Shown piece after piece: positions 21,124-30,928 of a DNA stretch of 64,000 nucleotides. Within the stretch, counting starts at the first letter, position 1; every line of letters begins with the position of its first letter. The stretch covers positions 3,296,001 to 3,360,000 of the forward strand of contig OZ244621.1 of assembly GCA_965218425.1 (NCBI GenBank). The letters are read 5' to 3'. A program made the position numbers and the translations under genes. The notes beneath the pieces are model-generated. The model did no database searches, was not told where the DNA came from, and saw only the letters and a program-made list of their open reading frames with translations. The DNA is from an uncultured Candidatus Binatia bacterium (lineage in GTDB: Bacteria > Desulfobacterota > Binatia > UBA9968 > CAXXLF01).

Positions 21124-22155
21124 ATGGCTAATCGTAGGGGCATGAACCTTGGGAACCTGGAAAAAAAGATGGTTGAATGGCTGCAGTGGGGCAAGGGTGC
21201 TCCGAATGAGGACCTCTTGGCAGAAATAGCCCAGAGCGTCCTGAAGTTGGCGAAGGATGAAGCCAGTCGAGGTGATCTAAAGATTCTCAGTCGTTCACTC
21301 AAGGAACTCCGGTATGCCTTCAAAATCTTTGCACCTTACCGGTCGGTACGGAAAGTGAGCATATTCGGCTCCACCCGAGTCAAGGAAGATGATCCCTATT
21401 ATCATGCTGCCACAATTCTGGGTCACAGGCTGGCCGAAGAGGGTTTAATGGTGATCACGGGTGCAGGAGCGGGGATCATGCAAGCGGGTCATGAGGGAGC
21501 AGGAAGGGCGCAGAGTTTCGGGGTCAATATACTTCTTCCCTTCGGTCAGGAGGCGAACCGTTTTATCCGGGACGACCGCAAGTTGGTCACCTTCCACTTT
21601 TTCTTCACTCGAAAGTTGATCTTTGTAAAAGAGACGGACGCCGTAGTCTTTTTTCCCGGCGGTTTCGGCACCCAGGACGAGGCTTGGGAAACCCTCACAC
21701 TCGCGCAGACCGGCAAGAGCCAGATCGTTCCATTCCTTTTTGTGGACCTGCCAGGTCAAGGATACTGGCGGGAATGGGAAAATTTTGTCCGCAAGCGGAT
21801 GTTGCATCAAGGTTTTATTTCCGAACAGGACATGAGTCTCTATAAAATCGTTGAAGATGTTGAAATGGCGGTTCAGGAGATCAAAAACTTTTATCGGAAT
21901 TATCATTCCTACCGTTATGTGAATGGAAATTTGGTGCTCCGCATGGTTCATCCTCCCACGGATGAGCTCATTCAACGATTGAACAGCAATTTTAAAGACA
22001 TCCTCACCGAGGGTGAAATTAAAAGGACTGACTCCCTATCCGAGGAGTCAGATGACCCCGATACCCTACCGCTCCCTCGTCTGCTGGTCCCCTTTAGCCG
22101 CGTTGATTATGGTCGATTACGTCAAATGATCGACGTCATCAACGCCCAGTCTTGA
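21124..22155 (+). CDS. LOG family (Rossmann-fold nucleotide phosphoribohydrolase) protein, long type
   Basis: VSIFGS, ITGAGAGIM, FFTRK, PGGFGTQDE. Confidence 0.9.
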   Translation: MANRRGMNLGNLEKKMVEWLQWGKGAPNEDLLAEIAQSVLKLAKDEASRGDLKILSRSLKELRYAFKIFAPYRSVRKVSIFGSTRVKEDDPYYHAATILGHRLAEEGLMVITGAGAGIMQAGHEGAGRAQSFGVNILLPFGQEANRFIRDDRKLVTFHFFFTRKLIFVKETDAVVFFPGGFGTQDEAWETLTLAQTGKSQIVPFLFVDLPGQGYWREWENFVRKRMLHQGFISEQDMSLYKIVEDVEMAVQEIKNFYRNYHSYRYVNGNLVLRMVHPPTDELIQRLNSNFKDILTEGEIKRTDSLSEESDDPDTLPLPRLLVPFSRVDYGRLRQMIDVINAQS

Positions 22156-22266
22156 CACAGACCCAGGGTACAGTTATTGAGTGCGTTGGCGCTTAGAGCG
22201 TCCAGGGGATGGATTTGTCCTGAATGTCGGTGTAACCCGTCAGTATGGCAATGAAGGGAGAGGAAA

Positions 22267-24048
22267 ATGGCCAAGCCGGATCCCAGGAGCGAGAAGAAGC
22301 AAGCAGAATTCGGGTCGGATGTTGTTGTGGATTTGATGAAGTCGTTCGATATCGAGTATGCAGCGTTTATTCCAGGAGCGAGCTTCCGTGGAATTCATGA
22401 CTCCATCGTCAACTACGGTGGAAACTATAAGCCCGAGATTATCTTTTGTCACCACGAGGAAATTTCGGTGGCCGTTGCCCACGGATACGCCAAGGCCAAG
22501 GGAAAACCCATGGTGGCCATCGTTCACAATATCGTCGGCCTACAGCATGCAACCATGGCAATCTTCAACGCCTGGTGTGACAGGGTGCCGGTCATCGTAC
22601 TCGGCGGGGCGGGTCCAATGGCCGCAAATCGACGACGCCCCTGGATCGACTGGATTCACACGGCCCAGGTTCAGGGGACGCAGATTCGCGAATACGTGAA
22701 ATGGGATGATCAGCCTACGAATTTGGCTAGCGTCCCGGAATCCTTCATTCGTGGTTACCGGATTGCAACCACGGAACCCATGGCGCCGGTTTACATCAGC
22801 TACGATGCGGATCTACAGGAGGATAAAATTCGAGAAAGCATCGAGGTCCCAGACGTTACCCGGTTTGCTCCCTCGGCACCCATCCAGGCGGGTCACGAAC
22901 CCCTGGATCGGGCGGCGGGGCTTCTGGTTGATGCCCAATCACCCCTGATCGTGGCAGACGCCCTTGGGCGTAATCCCAATACCGTCAACCATTTGGTGGA
23001 ATTGGCCGAACTTCTGGCCATTCCCGTCATCGATAAGGGGCGCCGATTCAATTTTCCGAACAATAATCCCTTGGATGTGACGGGTGCGGCGCAGGAACTC
23101 ATCAAAAAGGCGGACGTGGTGCTGGGGCTGGATGTATTGGACTTTTATGGTTCCCTAACCACCATCGATCGAACCACCCGTGTGAGCTCTCCGGTGACCT
23201 CGCCTTCCGTCAAGGTCATTGATATTTCCTTGAGGGATATGCTGGTGCGTAGCTGGGCCGCCGATTACCAGCCTTTACAGGAGGTGGATGTCCCCGTAAG
23301 CGCGGATACCTCGGTGGCGGTGCCGGAGTTGACGAAGCTATGCCGCGAGAGGATGGCAAATGGAGGTAACGTTAAGGAACGAGTAGAAGCTCGGTTCAAC
23401 GAGATCAAAAAGATTCACGATCAATCCAGGGCAAGGTGGTTGGAACAGGCGCGTGCCACAGCCAGTCAAAACGAGATTGCCGTTGCTTTCCTCGCCCACG
23501 AGCTTGGCGAGGTGATCAAGAACGAAGACTGGATCTTGGTCAACGGCAATCTCAACGGATGGGCGCGTAGGCTTTGGGACTGGACCAAACCTAACCAGTA
23601 TCTGGGACCCAGTGGTGGGGCGGGACTGGGTTATGGCATGGGGGCTGCTGTTGGGGCCGCTTTAGCGCACCTTGGTAGTGGAAGGATTTGCGTGAACGTC
23701 CAGGCCGATGGTGACCTCATGATGACACCGAGTGCCCTTTGGACTGCAGCTCATCATAAGATCCCGCTGTTAACGGTCATGTACAATAACCAGTCCTATT
23801 ACAACTCTGAAGATCATGCCATCAGTATGGCGAAGTCTCGGGGCCGGGCGCTGGAAAATGCGGGCATTGGAACCCACGTGGACAATCCGCCAGTTGGATT
23901 TGCGAAGATGGCAGAGTCTTTTGGCGTCCATGGTGAGGGTCCAGTGTTGCGACCGGGGGATCTCCGGCCGGCGCTGGAGAGGGTCCTCAAGGTTGTGAAG
24001 GAGAGAAAACTCCCAGCTTTGCTGGACGTAATATCAGAGGCTCGATGA
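22267..24048 (+). CDS. Thiamine pyrophosphate-binding enzyme (benzoylformate decarboxylase/AHAS-like)
   Basis: PGASFRG, HHEE, DGD...NN TPP motif. Confidence 0.9.
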   Translation: MAKPDPRSEKKQAEFGSDVVVDLMKSFDIEYAAFIPGASFRGIHDSIVNYGGNYKPEIIFCHHEEISVAVAHGYAKAKGKPMVAIVHNIVGLQHATMAIFNAWCDRVPVIVLGGAGPMAANRRRPWIDWIHTAQVQGTQIREYVKWDDQPTNLASVPESFIRGYRIATTEPMAPVYISYDADLQEDKIRESIEVPDVTRFAPSAPIQAGHEPLDRAAGLLVDAQSPLIVADALGRNPNTVNHLVELAELLAIPVIDKGRRFNFPNNNPLDVTGAAQELIKKADVVLGLDVLDFYGSLTTIDRTTRVSSPVTSPSVKVIDISLRDMLVRSWAADYQPLQEVDVPVSADTSVAVPELTKLCRERMANGGNVKERVEARFNEIKKIHDQSRARWLEQARATASQNEIAVAFLAHELGEVIKNEDWILVNGNLNGWARRLWDWTKPNQYLGPSGGAGLGYGMGAAVGAALAHLGSGRICVNVQADGDLMMTPSALWTAAHHKIPLLTVMYNNQSYYNSEDHAISMAKSRGRALENAGIGTHVDNPPVGFAKMAESFGVHGEGPVLRPGDLRPALERVLKVVKERKLPALLDVISEAR

Positions 24049-24090
24049 TATCACCCCTAAAGCTGGCTGAATCAGTGTGCGGGGGGTGGG

Positions 24091-26340
24091 CTACGCCTTG
24101 ATACTAGGGGATCGAGTTGCCGCTCTGAAGTTGAAGGCAAAGGACATGGTCAACCTCAAATCCTTCCAAAGGGCGGTACAGAGCAAACCTGGGCGAATCT
24201 GCCAAAATCTGAGTTTCCTTACGTTCTGCACTGTTTTTCCCCAAAACCTCTGTACGTCTTGCCTGGAATAGAAGGCTTGATTGCTTAAGGCATCAAAGCT
24301 CACATGGGGAAGCCGTAATTTAGAGGGGAAACCGCGCTTGAGGCGAGAATAGTGCTCCTGCCATTCACGTATTCGGTTTCCCGGTTTGATGCTCTCGTGA
24401 AGCCGGCTCAGCTCGTCTAACCACCTCTGGACCGACTCTCCCTCTACGCCGAGGCCGTGACGGAGTTCCCGAACCTTCACCTGGACCTTTCCCCATTGCT
24501 TGAGAAAGCGGTTCAGGTCTTTTCGGGTCAGCAGGATTTTGGTGGATAACTCTTCAAAGGGGTCCAGTAGGGCCTTGGCCTTGGCGGGAAGTGCTTCCTT
24601 GGCGTTGCCGTAGGTTTTGCGCCATTCATGGATCCTTAGGGTTTGCCAAATCTCCCCCTGGATCTTTTGTATCTCTTCCAGCCATCTCTCTTCCACCTCG
24701 CTCTTCCTACGGGTCTGGAGCCAGATGTCCTCCATCTCCTTGAGGAGGCGTGCCCAGGCCACGAAGAGACGGTAGATCTCTTTCGTCCGTTTCCATAAAT
24801 GGACCGGCAACGGGTCGATGGCAAAACCGGGTCTGCGAGTGGTACGGTCCTTCATAATGAAGAAACCGGCGATCATGGGGTGCTGCTTTTCGATGAGGGC
24901 GGCATTTTTGTACCAGAATAGATTGGACATGGTGGCCCAGTAAACATGCGGGTTGTGGCTCCAGCGGGAGAGAATGCGGATGAGATTTTCCTTGCCATAG
25001 AAAGCCTTCCAAGCATCCTGGTACGCCTGAGTCCATTCTTCCGCCGACATTCGCGGATGTTTTATGGTGGCGTGGAAGGAGTCTCGCTTGTTAAAGTCAG
25101 GATCCATCCAATCTCCGCGTTTTTTCATCTCCTTATGGTCTTGGGAACCGGGCAGAGGCGTCATCATAAAAAATGATGCCATATCCGGCTGGAGGGTCTC
25201 GGTGAGGTACTGGATGTCCTTAGTGGTTTGCTCTCTCGTGTCATGGGGTAGGCCGATGATGTAGCCCGTATGGACCGAGACGTCCACGTCGTGCCACTCC
25301 TTGACGATGTCAGCGTATTGTCGGACATCGTTCTGGGCCTTGCCCTCGGCCTTCAAATTCTCGGGATTGACGCTCTCCATCCCGATGAATACATGGGAAC
25401 AGCCCGCCTCGGCGGCCAGTCGAACAAAGTCCTTTGGCTTGCGCGCCAGGTCCACCTGCATGAGAAAGTCAATTTCGATGCCTTCCTCTTCGCGGAGCCG
25501 AATCAGGGCCTCAAAGGTCTCGCGCCAATATCTCTTTCGGGCGAAATTGTCATCTGTGAAAAAGTAAAAATGGACCTTATGCTCGAGGTAGTTTCTACGC
25601 ACAATTTCAGCGACGCTTTCGGGACTCCGCTCTCGCATCTTGCGACCCTGGACATTGATAATGGTGCAAAAGCTACAGGCAAAAGGGCAGCCGCGGGAGG
25701 TATCCATGGTGCCGAAGGTAGAGTAGGCAAAGTGCTTCATGGTCTTATGGCTTATCACTGGTGCGGGCGCATCCCCCAGGTCCACGAGGTTTTGCAGGTC
25801 CTGGGCATAGGAATAAATCGGTTTCAGTTCTCCCCTTAGAGCGTCCGCTAGAATATCCTCCCATCTCCCTTCCACCTCACCGGATACTATGGAAATGGAT
25901 TCGCCAATCACTTCTTGAATGTCCGGCTCCTGCTCGCTGAGCATGTTGATGGTTCCGCTGGTATGGAAACCACCCATGATAACATCGATCCCCGCCCCCC
26001 GGAGTTGCCGGCCCAATTCCAATGCCCTGGGGAACTGGTTGGTTTGAACCCCCACCAATCCCACCACTAGTTTGGTTTCAGGCTCTCGGCTCCAGCGAAT
26101 GATTTTCTTTAAGGGAATCTTTTGAGTAGTTTCGTCGAAGGTGGCTATCTCAATCTTGAGATCGCCAAAGATGCGTCTACTCTTCACGTCTTCGGTGAGA
26201 CCGTTGAGGACGCTCAGGGTGTTGCTAGGAAGGACTCCCTTCCAAAATCGAATGATGTAACCCTCGTCGTCGTACTTCGATGGTTTAATGAGGACGACTC
26301 TTAATTTTTTGTAATGGTTTTGTATCATGGAATTAACCAC
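24091..26340 (-). CDS. Radical SAM protein with a B12-binding-like N-terminus and a duplicated helical C-terminal extension
   Basis: SRGCPFACSFC (CxxxCxxC), FTDDNF, FIGMES, TPLPGS. Confidence 0.9.
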   Translation of the reverse strand: MVNSMIQNHYKKLRVVLIKPSKYDDEGYIIRFWKGVLPSNTLSVLNGLTEDVKSRRIFGDLKIEIATFDETTQKIPLKKIIRWSREPETKLVVGLVGVQTNQFPRALELGRQLRGAGIDVIMGGFHTSGTINMLSEQEPDIQEVIGESISIVSGEVEGRWEDILADALRGELKPIYSYAQDLQNLVDLGDAPAPVISHKTMKHFAYSTFGTMDTSRGCPFACSFCTIINVQGRKMRERSPESVAEIVRRNYLEHKVHFYFFTDDNFARKRYWRETFEALIRLREEEGIEIDFLMQVDLARKPKDFVRLAAEAGCSHVFIGMESVNPENLKAEGKAQNDVRQYADIVKEWHDVDVSVHTGYIIGLPHDTREQTTKDIQYLTETLQPDMASFFMMTPLPGSQDHKEMKKRGDWMDPDFNKRDSFHATIKHPRMSAEEWTQAYQDAWKAFYGKENLIRILSRWSHNPHVYWATMSNLFWYKNAALIEKQHPMIAGFFIMKDRTTRRPGFAIDPLPVHLWKRTKEIYRLFVAWARLLKEMEDIWLQTRRKSEVEERWLEEIQKIQGEIWQTLRIHEWRKTYGNAKEALPAKAKALLDPFEELSTKILLTRKDLNRFLKQWGKVQVKVRELRHGLGVEGESVQRWLDELSRLHESIKPGNRIREWQEHYSRLKRGFPSKLRLPHVSFDALSNQAFYSRQDVQRFWGKTVQNVRKLRFWQIRPGLLCTALWKDLRLTMSFAFNFRAATRSPSIKA

Positions 26341-26505
26341 AGCGGGTTCTTAACTGCACTTAATTCCCCGCTTGTAAGTTGTGACAACTTTCCTTATATA
26401 TACAGGTTGGACACAAAAGTAGAGCTTAAAAAAACAGTACCAATTCCCTACTTTCATGTCAAGCTCATTTCTGCAACGGACTCTCTCCCCTAGCAGCCCT
26501 GTTCA

Positions 26506-27192
26506 ATGATCCAACTCTTTCGTGTCTCCAAGGTCTATCCTCCCGACTATGCTGCCCTCACCGACATTCAGCTTCAGGTGGAAAAGGGGGAGTTTGTTTT
26601 CCTTAGCGGACCCAGTGGAGCGGGGAAAACTACTCTTTTAAAGCTTCTCTTTCGGGCGGAGGAGGCCGCCGGGGGGCAGATCATTGTTAGTGGCCGTAAT
26701 ATCACACGGCTAAAGGGAGCAGGTCTCGCCCGACTGAGACGAGAAATCGGGTTGGTCTTTCAAGATTTCAAGCTCATCCCTTATATGACTGCCCTGGAGA
26801 ACGTGGCGTTGGCCGCCGAGGTCATCGGGAAATCGAGACGGGAGAGCAGGAGTAAAGCATTCCATTTGCTTCGGGAGCTGGGGTTAAAGGACAGATACGA
26901 TACTTTCCCGCAGGCTCTTTCGGGCGGAGAACAGCAGAGGGTCGCCATCGCCCGCGCTCTGGTGAATGATCCGCCATTGGTCTTGGCCGATGAGCCCACC
27001 GGCAACCTGGACCCGGAAATGGCCGAGGAGATCATCCGCCTCTTTCTTAGGATTCAAGAAAAACAGACCACCATTTTAATTGCCACTCACGACACACGAT
27101 TGATGAAGCAGTTTAAGCAGCGGGTGGTTTTGCTCCAGCGGGGACGAATCATGGAGGATTCCGATTTGGTGGAGCCGGAGCACGCCCCGTGA
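26506..27192 (+). CDS. ftsE: Cell division ATP-binding protein FtsE
   Basis: [33 protein letters not shown]; precedes ftsX. Confidence 0.95.
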   Translation: MIQLFRVSKVYPPDYAALTDIQLQVEKGEFVFLSGPSGAGKTTLLKLLFRAEEAAGGQIIVSGRNITRLKGAGLARLRREIGLVFQDFKLIPYMTALENVALAAEVIGKSRRESRSKAFHLLRELGLKDRYDTFPQALSGGEQQRVAIARALVNDPPLVLADEPTGNLDPEMAEEIIRLFLRIQEKQTTILIATHDTRLMKQFKQRVVLLQRGRIMEDSDLVEPEHAP

Positions 27193-28106
27193 CGCTATCA
27201 CAGGCCTCTTTTGTATTGCGGCGAGTCTTCGGGAGCCTGAAAGATTTATTCTGGACCCATTTTTTGACATCCGGGACCATGGCCATGACTCTGTTCGTCT
27301 TTGGCGGCTTCCTCCTCCTGCAGGAAAATCTCTCACGGCTCTTTAGCGGGTGGAGTAATCAACTCCAGATATTCGCCTACCTGGAGGAAGGTGTTAAGGA
27401 TTCGGAACTGCAATCGGTTCGAAGGCGACTGAAGTCCTATCCGGAGGTGGAAAGTATACGGTACGTTTCAAAAAAGGAGGCTTGGGAAAACTTTAAAAGG
27501 GATCTAGGGGCTCAATCCGGTGTGCTGGAAGGATTGGAGGATGGGCTGCTGCCGTCCTCCATGGAAATCACCCTGCGAACCCAATACCGAGATCGGCCAC
27601 AGGTAGAATTTTTGGCCAATCGCCTCAGGGCAGAGAAGGGCATCGGCGCCGTGGAATATCCTGAGGAGTGGATTGAGAAGCTAAGCATCCTGTTACTGGC
27701 AGTTCAGTGGGCGAAATGGATCTTTGGGGGGTTTCTCTTTATGGCTTCTCTTTTGATTGTGGGGAGCACGGTGAAGCTGGCCATCATGGCACGCAAGGAG
27801 GAGATTGAAATTATGCAGCTAGTGGGAGCTTCACAGGGAATGATCAAGGCACCTTTCGTCATCGAAGGTATGATCCAGGGTATGGTGGGTGCCTCCTTCT
27901 CGATCCTCTTTCTCTGGTTGCTTCTTCTGGTTCTCGGAGCACGCCTTCCGTCCTCTTTGGGGATTTTCCTGCCAACGGGGCAGCTTCATTTCCTGGATCC
28001 GTGGCACGTGGTTTACCTCTTGTCGCTGGGGTGGGTATTGGGGGCCGTGGGAACTCTGTTTTCTCTGTGGAGGCTCCAAAAACATGAAAAGGCTCCGCCA
28101 AATTAG
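27189..28106 (+). CDS. ftsX: Cell division permease FtsX
   Basis: Four-TM layout, EIEIMQLVGA, PFVIEG; GTGA overlap with ftsE. Confidence 0.92.
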   Translation: MTLSQASFVLRRVFGSLKDLFWTHFLTSGTMAMTLFVFGGFLLLQENLSRLFSGWSNQLQIFAYLEEGVKDSELQSVRRRLKSYPEVESIRYVSKKEAWENFKRDLGAQSGVLEGLEDGLLPSSMEITLRTQYRDRPQVEFLANRLRAEKGIGAVEYPEEWIEKLSILLLAVQWAKWIFGGFLFMASLLIVGSTVKLAIMARKEEIEIMQLVGASQGMIKAPFVIEGMIQGMVGASFSILFLWLLLLVLGARLPSSLGIFLPTGQLHFLDPWHVVYLLSLGWVLGAVGTLFSLWRLQKHEKAPPN

Positions 28107-29244
28107 CCTAGTCTTGTTGTCAATTTTGTATCTCCTGATGGTTCCTCTGGTCCATGGGGCTGACGTGCGGCAGGAGTTAAAGGGGATCGAAAAAAAGATA
28201 AAAAAGGAAAAAGAGGGGATTGCAAAGGTTCGTCGAAAAGAAGGATCCGTGCTCAAAGCTATGGAAGCAATCGAACAAGACCTGAACCGCAAAAACCGAA
28301 AACTGGAGGGCATCAGTCGGAGAATGGATTCCATCCTTCAGGGACTTCAAAAAACAGAGAATGAGCTGAAATCAGCGGAACTTTCTCTCCAAGCGAGAAG
28401 GAGGCTGCTAAAAAAACGGGCAAAGGCCCTCTATAAATGGCAGAGGGGGGGAAGCCCGTTTATCCTTCTTAACGGTGGAGATTCCATTGGAGAATTGATG
28501 CGTCGGAGACGCTACCTGGAGTTGATGCTGGCTAAGGATCAGGACCTCCTGCATAATCTACTCAAAGATTCCGCCCGTCAGGAGGCCTTGAAAGAAGACC
28601 TGGCGGCCAGGAAAAAGCATCTCGACAGGGAGCGCAGGGCCCTGGTGAAAGCAAAAGAAGCCGTGCGCAGGGATAAGGAAAAAAAACGGAGGTTGCTTGC
28701 CAAATTAGGGGGAGAAAAAGAGATGCGTACCCAGGCCCTTAAGGAATTAGAGCAAGCGGCTCGCAGGCTTCAAAGGATGATCGATGAAATTGGTCGCAAC
28801 AGCAACGTGAAATCCATGGAGGCGTATCCTTGGAGAGGATTTGGGGCCCTCAGGGGCAAGCTTGACCATCCTATCAAGGGAAAGGTGGTGGTGGGCTTCG
28901 GGGCCGGCAGGCATCCGGAGTTTTCTGAGGACCTGTTTCGTAACGGGATTGACATTAAGGCTTCTGTGGGCGAACAAATCAGGACCGTGGAGAGGGGTAA
29001 GGTGATCTTTGCCGACCGGTTCTCAGGATACGGGAAGATGATGATTATTGACCATGGGAAAAGATACTATACAGTTTATGCTCACCTTTCCAAGCTTTTA
29101 AAAGAACCGGGAGAAACGGTCAAAAGGGGCGAGCCCATTGCCCTTGCGGGGGGAAGCGGGTCCCTCCAGGGCTCCGGACTTTACTTCGAAATCCGTAAAG
29201 ACGGCAAACCCCTAAACCCCCTCCCCTGGTTTCGGAAGCGATAG
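28084..29244 (+). CDS. envC: Murein hydrolase activator EnvC-like (coiled coil + M23)
   Basis: Signal peptide from ATG 28084, long coiled coil, NGIDI, YAHLS, LYFEIR. Confidence 0.85.
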   Translation: MKRLRQISLVLLSILYLLMVPLVHGADVRQELKGIEKKIKKEKEGIAKVRRKEGSVLKAMEAIEQDLNRKNRKLEGISRRMDSILQGLQKTENELKSAELSLQARRRLLKKRAKALYKWQRGGSPFILLNGGDSIGELMRRRRYLELMLAKDQDLLHNLLKDSARQEALKEDLAARKKHLDRERRALVKAKEAVRRDKEKKRRLLAKLGGEKEMRTQALKELEQAARRLQRMIDEIGRNSNVKSMEAYPWRGFGALRGKLDHPIKGKVVVGFGAGRHPEFSEDLFRNGIDIKASVGEQIRTVERGKVIFADRFSGYGKMMIIDHGKRYYTVYAHLSKLLKEPGETVKRGEPIALAGGSGSLQGSGLYFEIRKDGKPLNPLPWFRKR

Positions 29245-29299
29245 ATATTTGATAGGTTTTCAGATACACTAAGAGTCATTCAATCAGAGGGGAAATTGC

Positions 29300-30646
29300 A
29301 TGAGTTTTTTGAAGAAACATGTAGCTGTGGTCCTCCTTGTGTTGCTCTGCGTCGGAGTAGGCTTTTCCCTCAGCGGTCAGGCAGTGACCAATGTTTTGGC
29401 GCTTGCTAAGAGCGAATATGAGACCATAGAAACCTTCACAAATATATTGGCCATTGTCCGGAAAAATTATGTGGACAATGTGAAAACGAAGGATTTGATT
29501 CTGGGTGCCATTGAGGGGATGTTAAATTCCTTGGATCCTCATAGCGCCTATTTGACCCCGGACATCTACAAAGAGCTTCAAATGGAAACCCAGGGCAGGT
29601 TTGGCGGCTTGGGCATTGAGATCACGGTTCGGCAAGGGGTCCTGACCGTAGTCTCCCCCATTGAGGACACGCCTGCGTTCAACGTCGGGATCAAGGCTGG
29701 GGACATGATCATTAAGATTGAAGGTGAATTTACCAAGGATATGACCCTCATGCAGGCGGTGAAGAAGATGCGGGGTGAGAAGGGGACTAAAATTACCATC
29801 TCGGTCAAGCGAGAAGGGGAGTCCAAGCTTTTGGACTTTACCATCATGCGTGACACAATTCGGATCAGAAGCGTCCGTTACCGAGCACTGGAGGACCAGT
29901 ATGTCTACCTCCGCGTGGCCCAGTTCCAGCAGCAGACCAACCGAGACTTGCGCAAGGCGCTGCAGGATCTGAAGGACAAGGCGGGAGGAATCAAGGGGCT
30001 TGTGCTTGATCTGCGCAACAATCCAGGCGGGCTGCTTACTCAGGCCGTGGAAGTGTCCGATCTCTTCCTAGATTCCGGTTTGATTGTTTACACAGAAGGA
30101 CGTTTGGACCACCAGCGACAAAAGTTCTTTGCCCATAAGAGGGGATCCTGGACAGAATTCCCCATGGTGGTGTTGGTCAACAGCGGGAGTGCCAGTGCTT
30201 CCGAAATCGTGGCTGGTGCCATGCAGGACCACAAACGGGCTATTGTTTTAGGGACTCAAACCTTTGGGAAAGGGTCGGTGCAGACCATTCTTCCCTTGGA
30301 CGATCATTCAGCTTTACGATTGACCACGGCTCGATATTTCACCCCCAAGGGTCGTTCGATTCAAGCCAAGGGAATCGTACCAGATATTGTCATGGATAAT
30401 CCCTCCAGAGGGGAGGCCCGGGCGGAGAGGCCGGGGTCCAGGGCGAGGGAGGAGAACCTCCGCGGTCATCTAGAAAGTCAGGAGAACCCGAATGCTCCTG
30501 AGACCTCAAAGGAAACAAAAGAAAAAAAATCCAATCTGCAGCGGAAAGTTGGAGACATCGAGAATGATCCCCAACTCAGGCGCGCCCTGGAGCTATTAAA
30601 GGGCTGGGAAGTGTTCAAGCAGCTTGTGGAAAAGCGGTCTGCCTGA
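29300..30646 (+). CDS. ctpA: Carboxyl-terminal processing protease (S41)
   Basis: LDPHS, PDZ GGLGI, DLRNNPGG, SASASE, FGKGSVQ. Confidence 0.93.
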   Translation: MSFLKKHVAVVLLVLLCVGVGFSLSGQAVTNVLALAKSEYETIETFTNILAIVRKNYVDNVKTKDLILGAIEGMLNSLDPHSAYLTPDIYKELQMETQGRFGGLGIEITVRQGVLTVVSPIEDTPAFNVGIKAGDMIIKIEGEFTKDMTLMQAVKKMRGEKGTKITISVKREGESKLLDFTIMRDTIRIRSVRYRALEDQYVYLRVAQFQQQTNRDLRKALQDLKDKAGGIKGLVLDLRNNPGGLLTQAVEVSDLFLDSGLIVYTEGRLDHQRQKFFAHKRGSWTEFPMVVLVNSGSASASEIVAGAMQDHKRAIVLGTQTFGKGSVQTILPLDDHSALRLTTARYFTPKGRSIQAKGIVPDIVMDNPSRGEARAERPGSRAREENLRGHLESQENPNAPETSKETKEKKSNLQRKVGDIENDPQLRRALELLKGWEVFKQLVEKRSA

Positions 30647-30928
30647 TTTACCGAATCGCAGCAAAGTTCGCCCGATGGGCTTTCAGTATTGAAAGATAGC
30701 CGTCTGAGGGAATTCCTAACTTCATTTTGGCTTTGCAATTGAGGGTCCCTTCTCAGCGCAGGGGGTACCCCACATTCAATCCACCAACGCCAAGCAATCC
30801 AACACCACGTTGAAAGCCGGCGTTACTTTTTACAATGATCTCCGTTCTTACGCTTGTTGTTGGGCGGATGGTGTTTGGGATCGCTGTGGGCGTGTTCCTA
30901 AGGACCTATTTTGTTCCAGGAGAAACCA

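Noticed and set aside
27889..28083. N-terminal extension of the envC ORF (and similar extensions at 32109, 33043, 19276, 42996)
   Set aside because: They overlap upstream genes or lie before a clear RBS; the downstream starts give proper signal peptides or family N-termini
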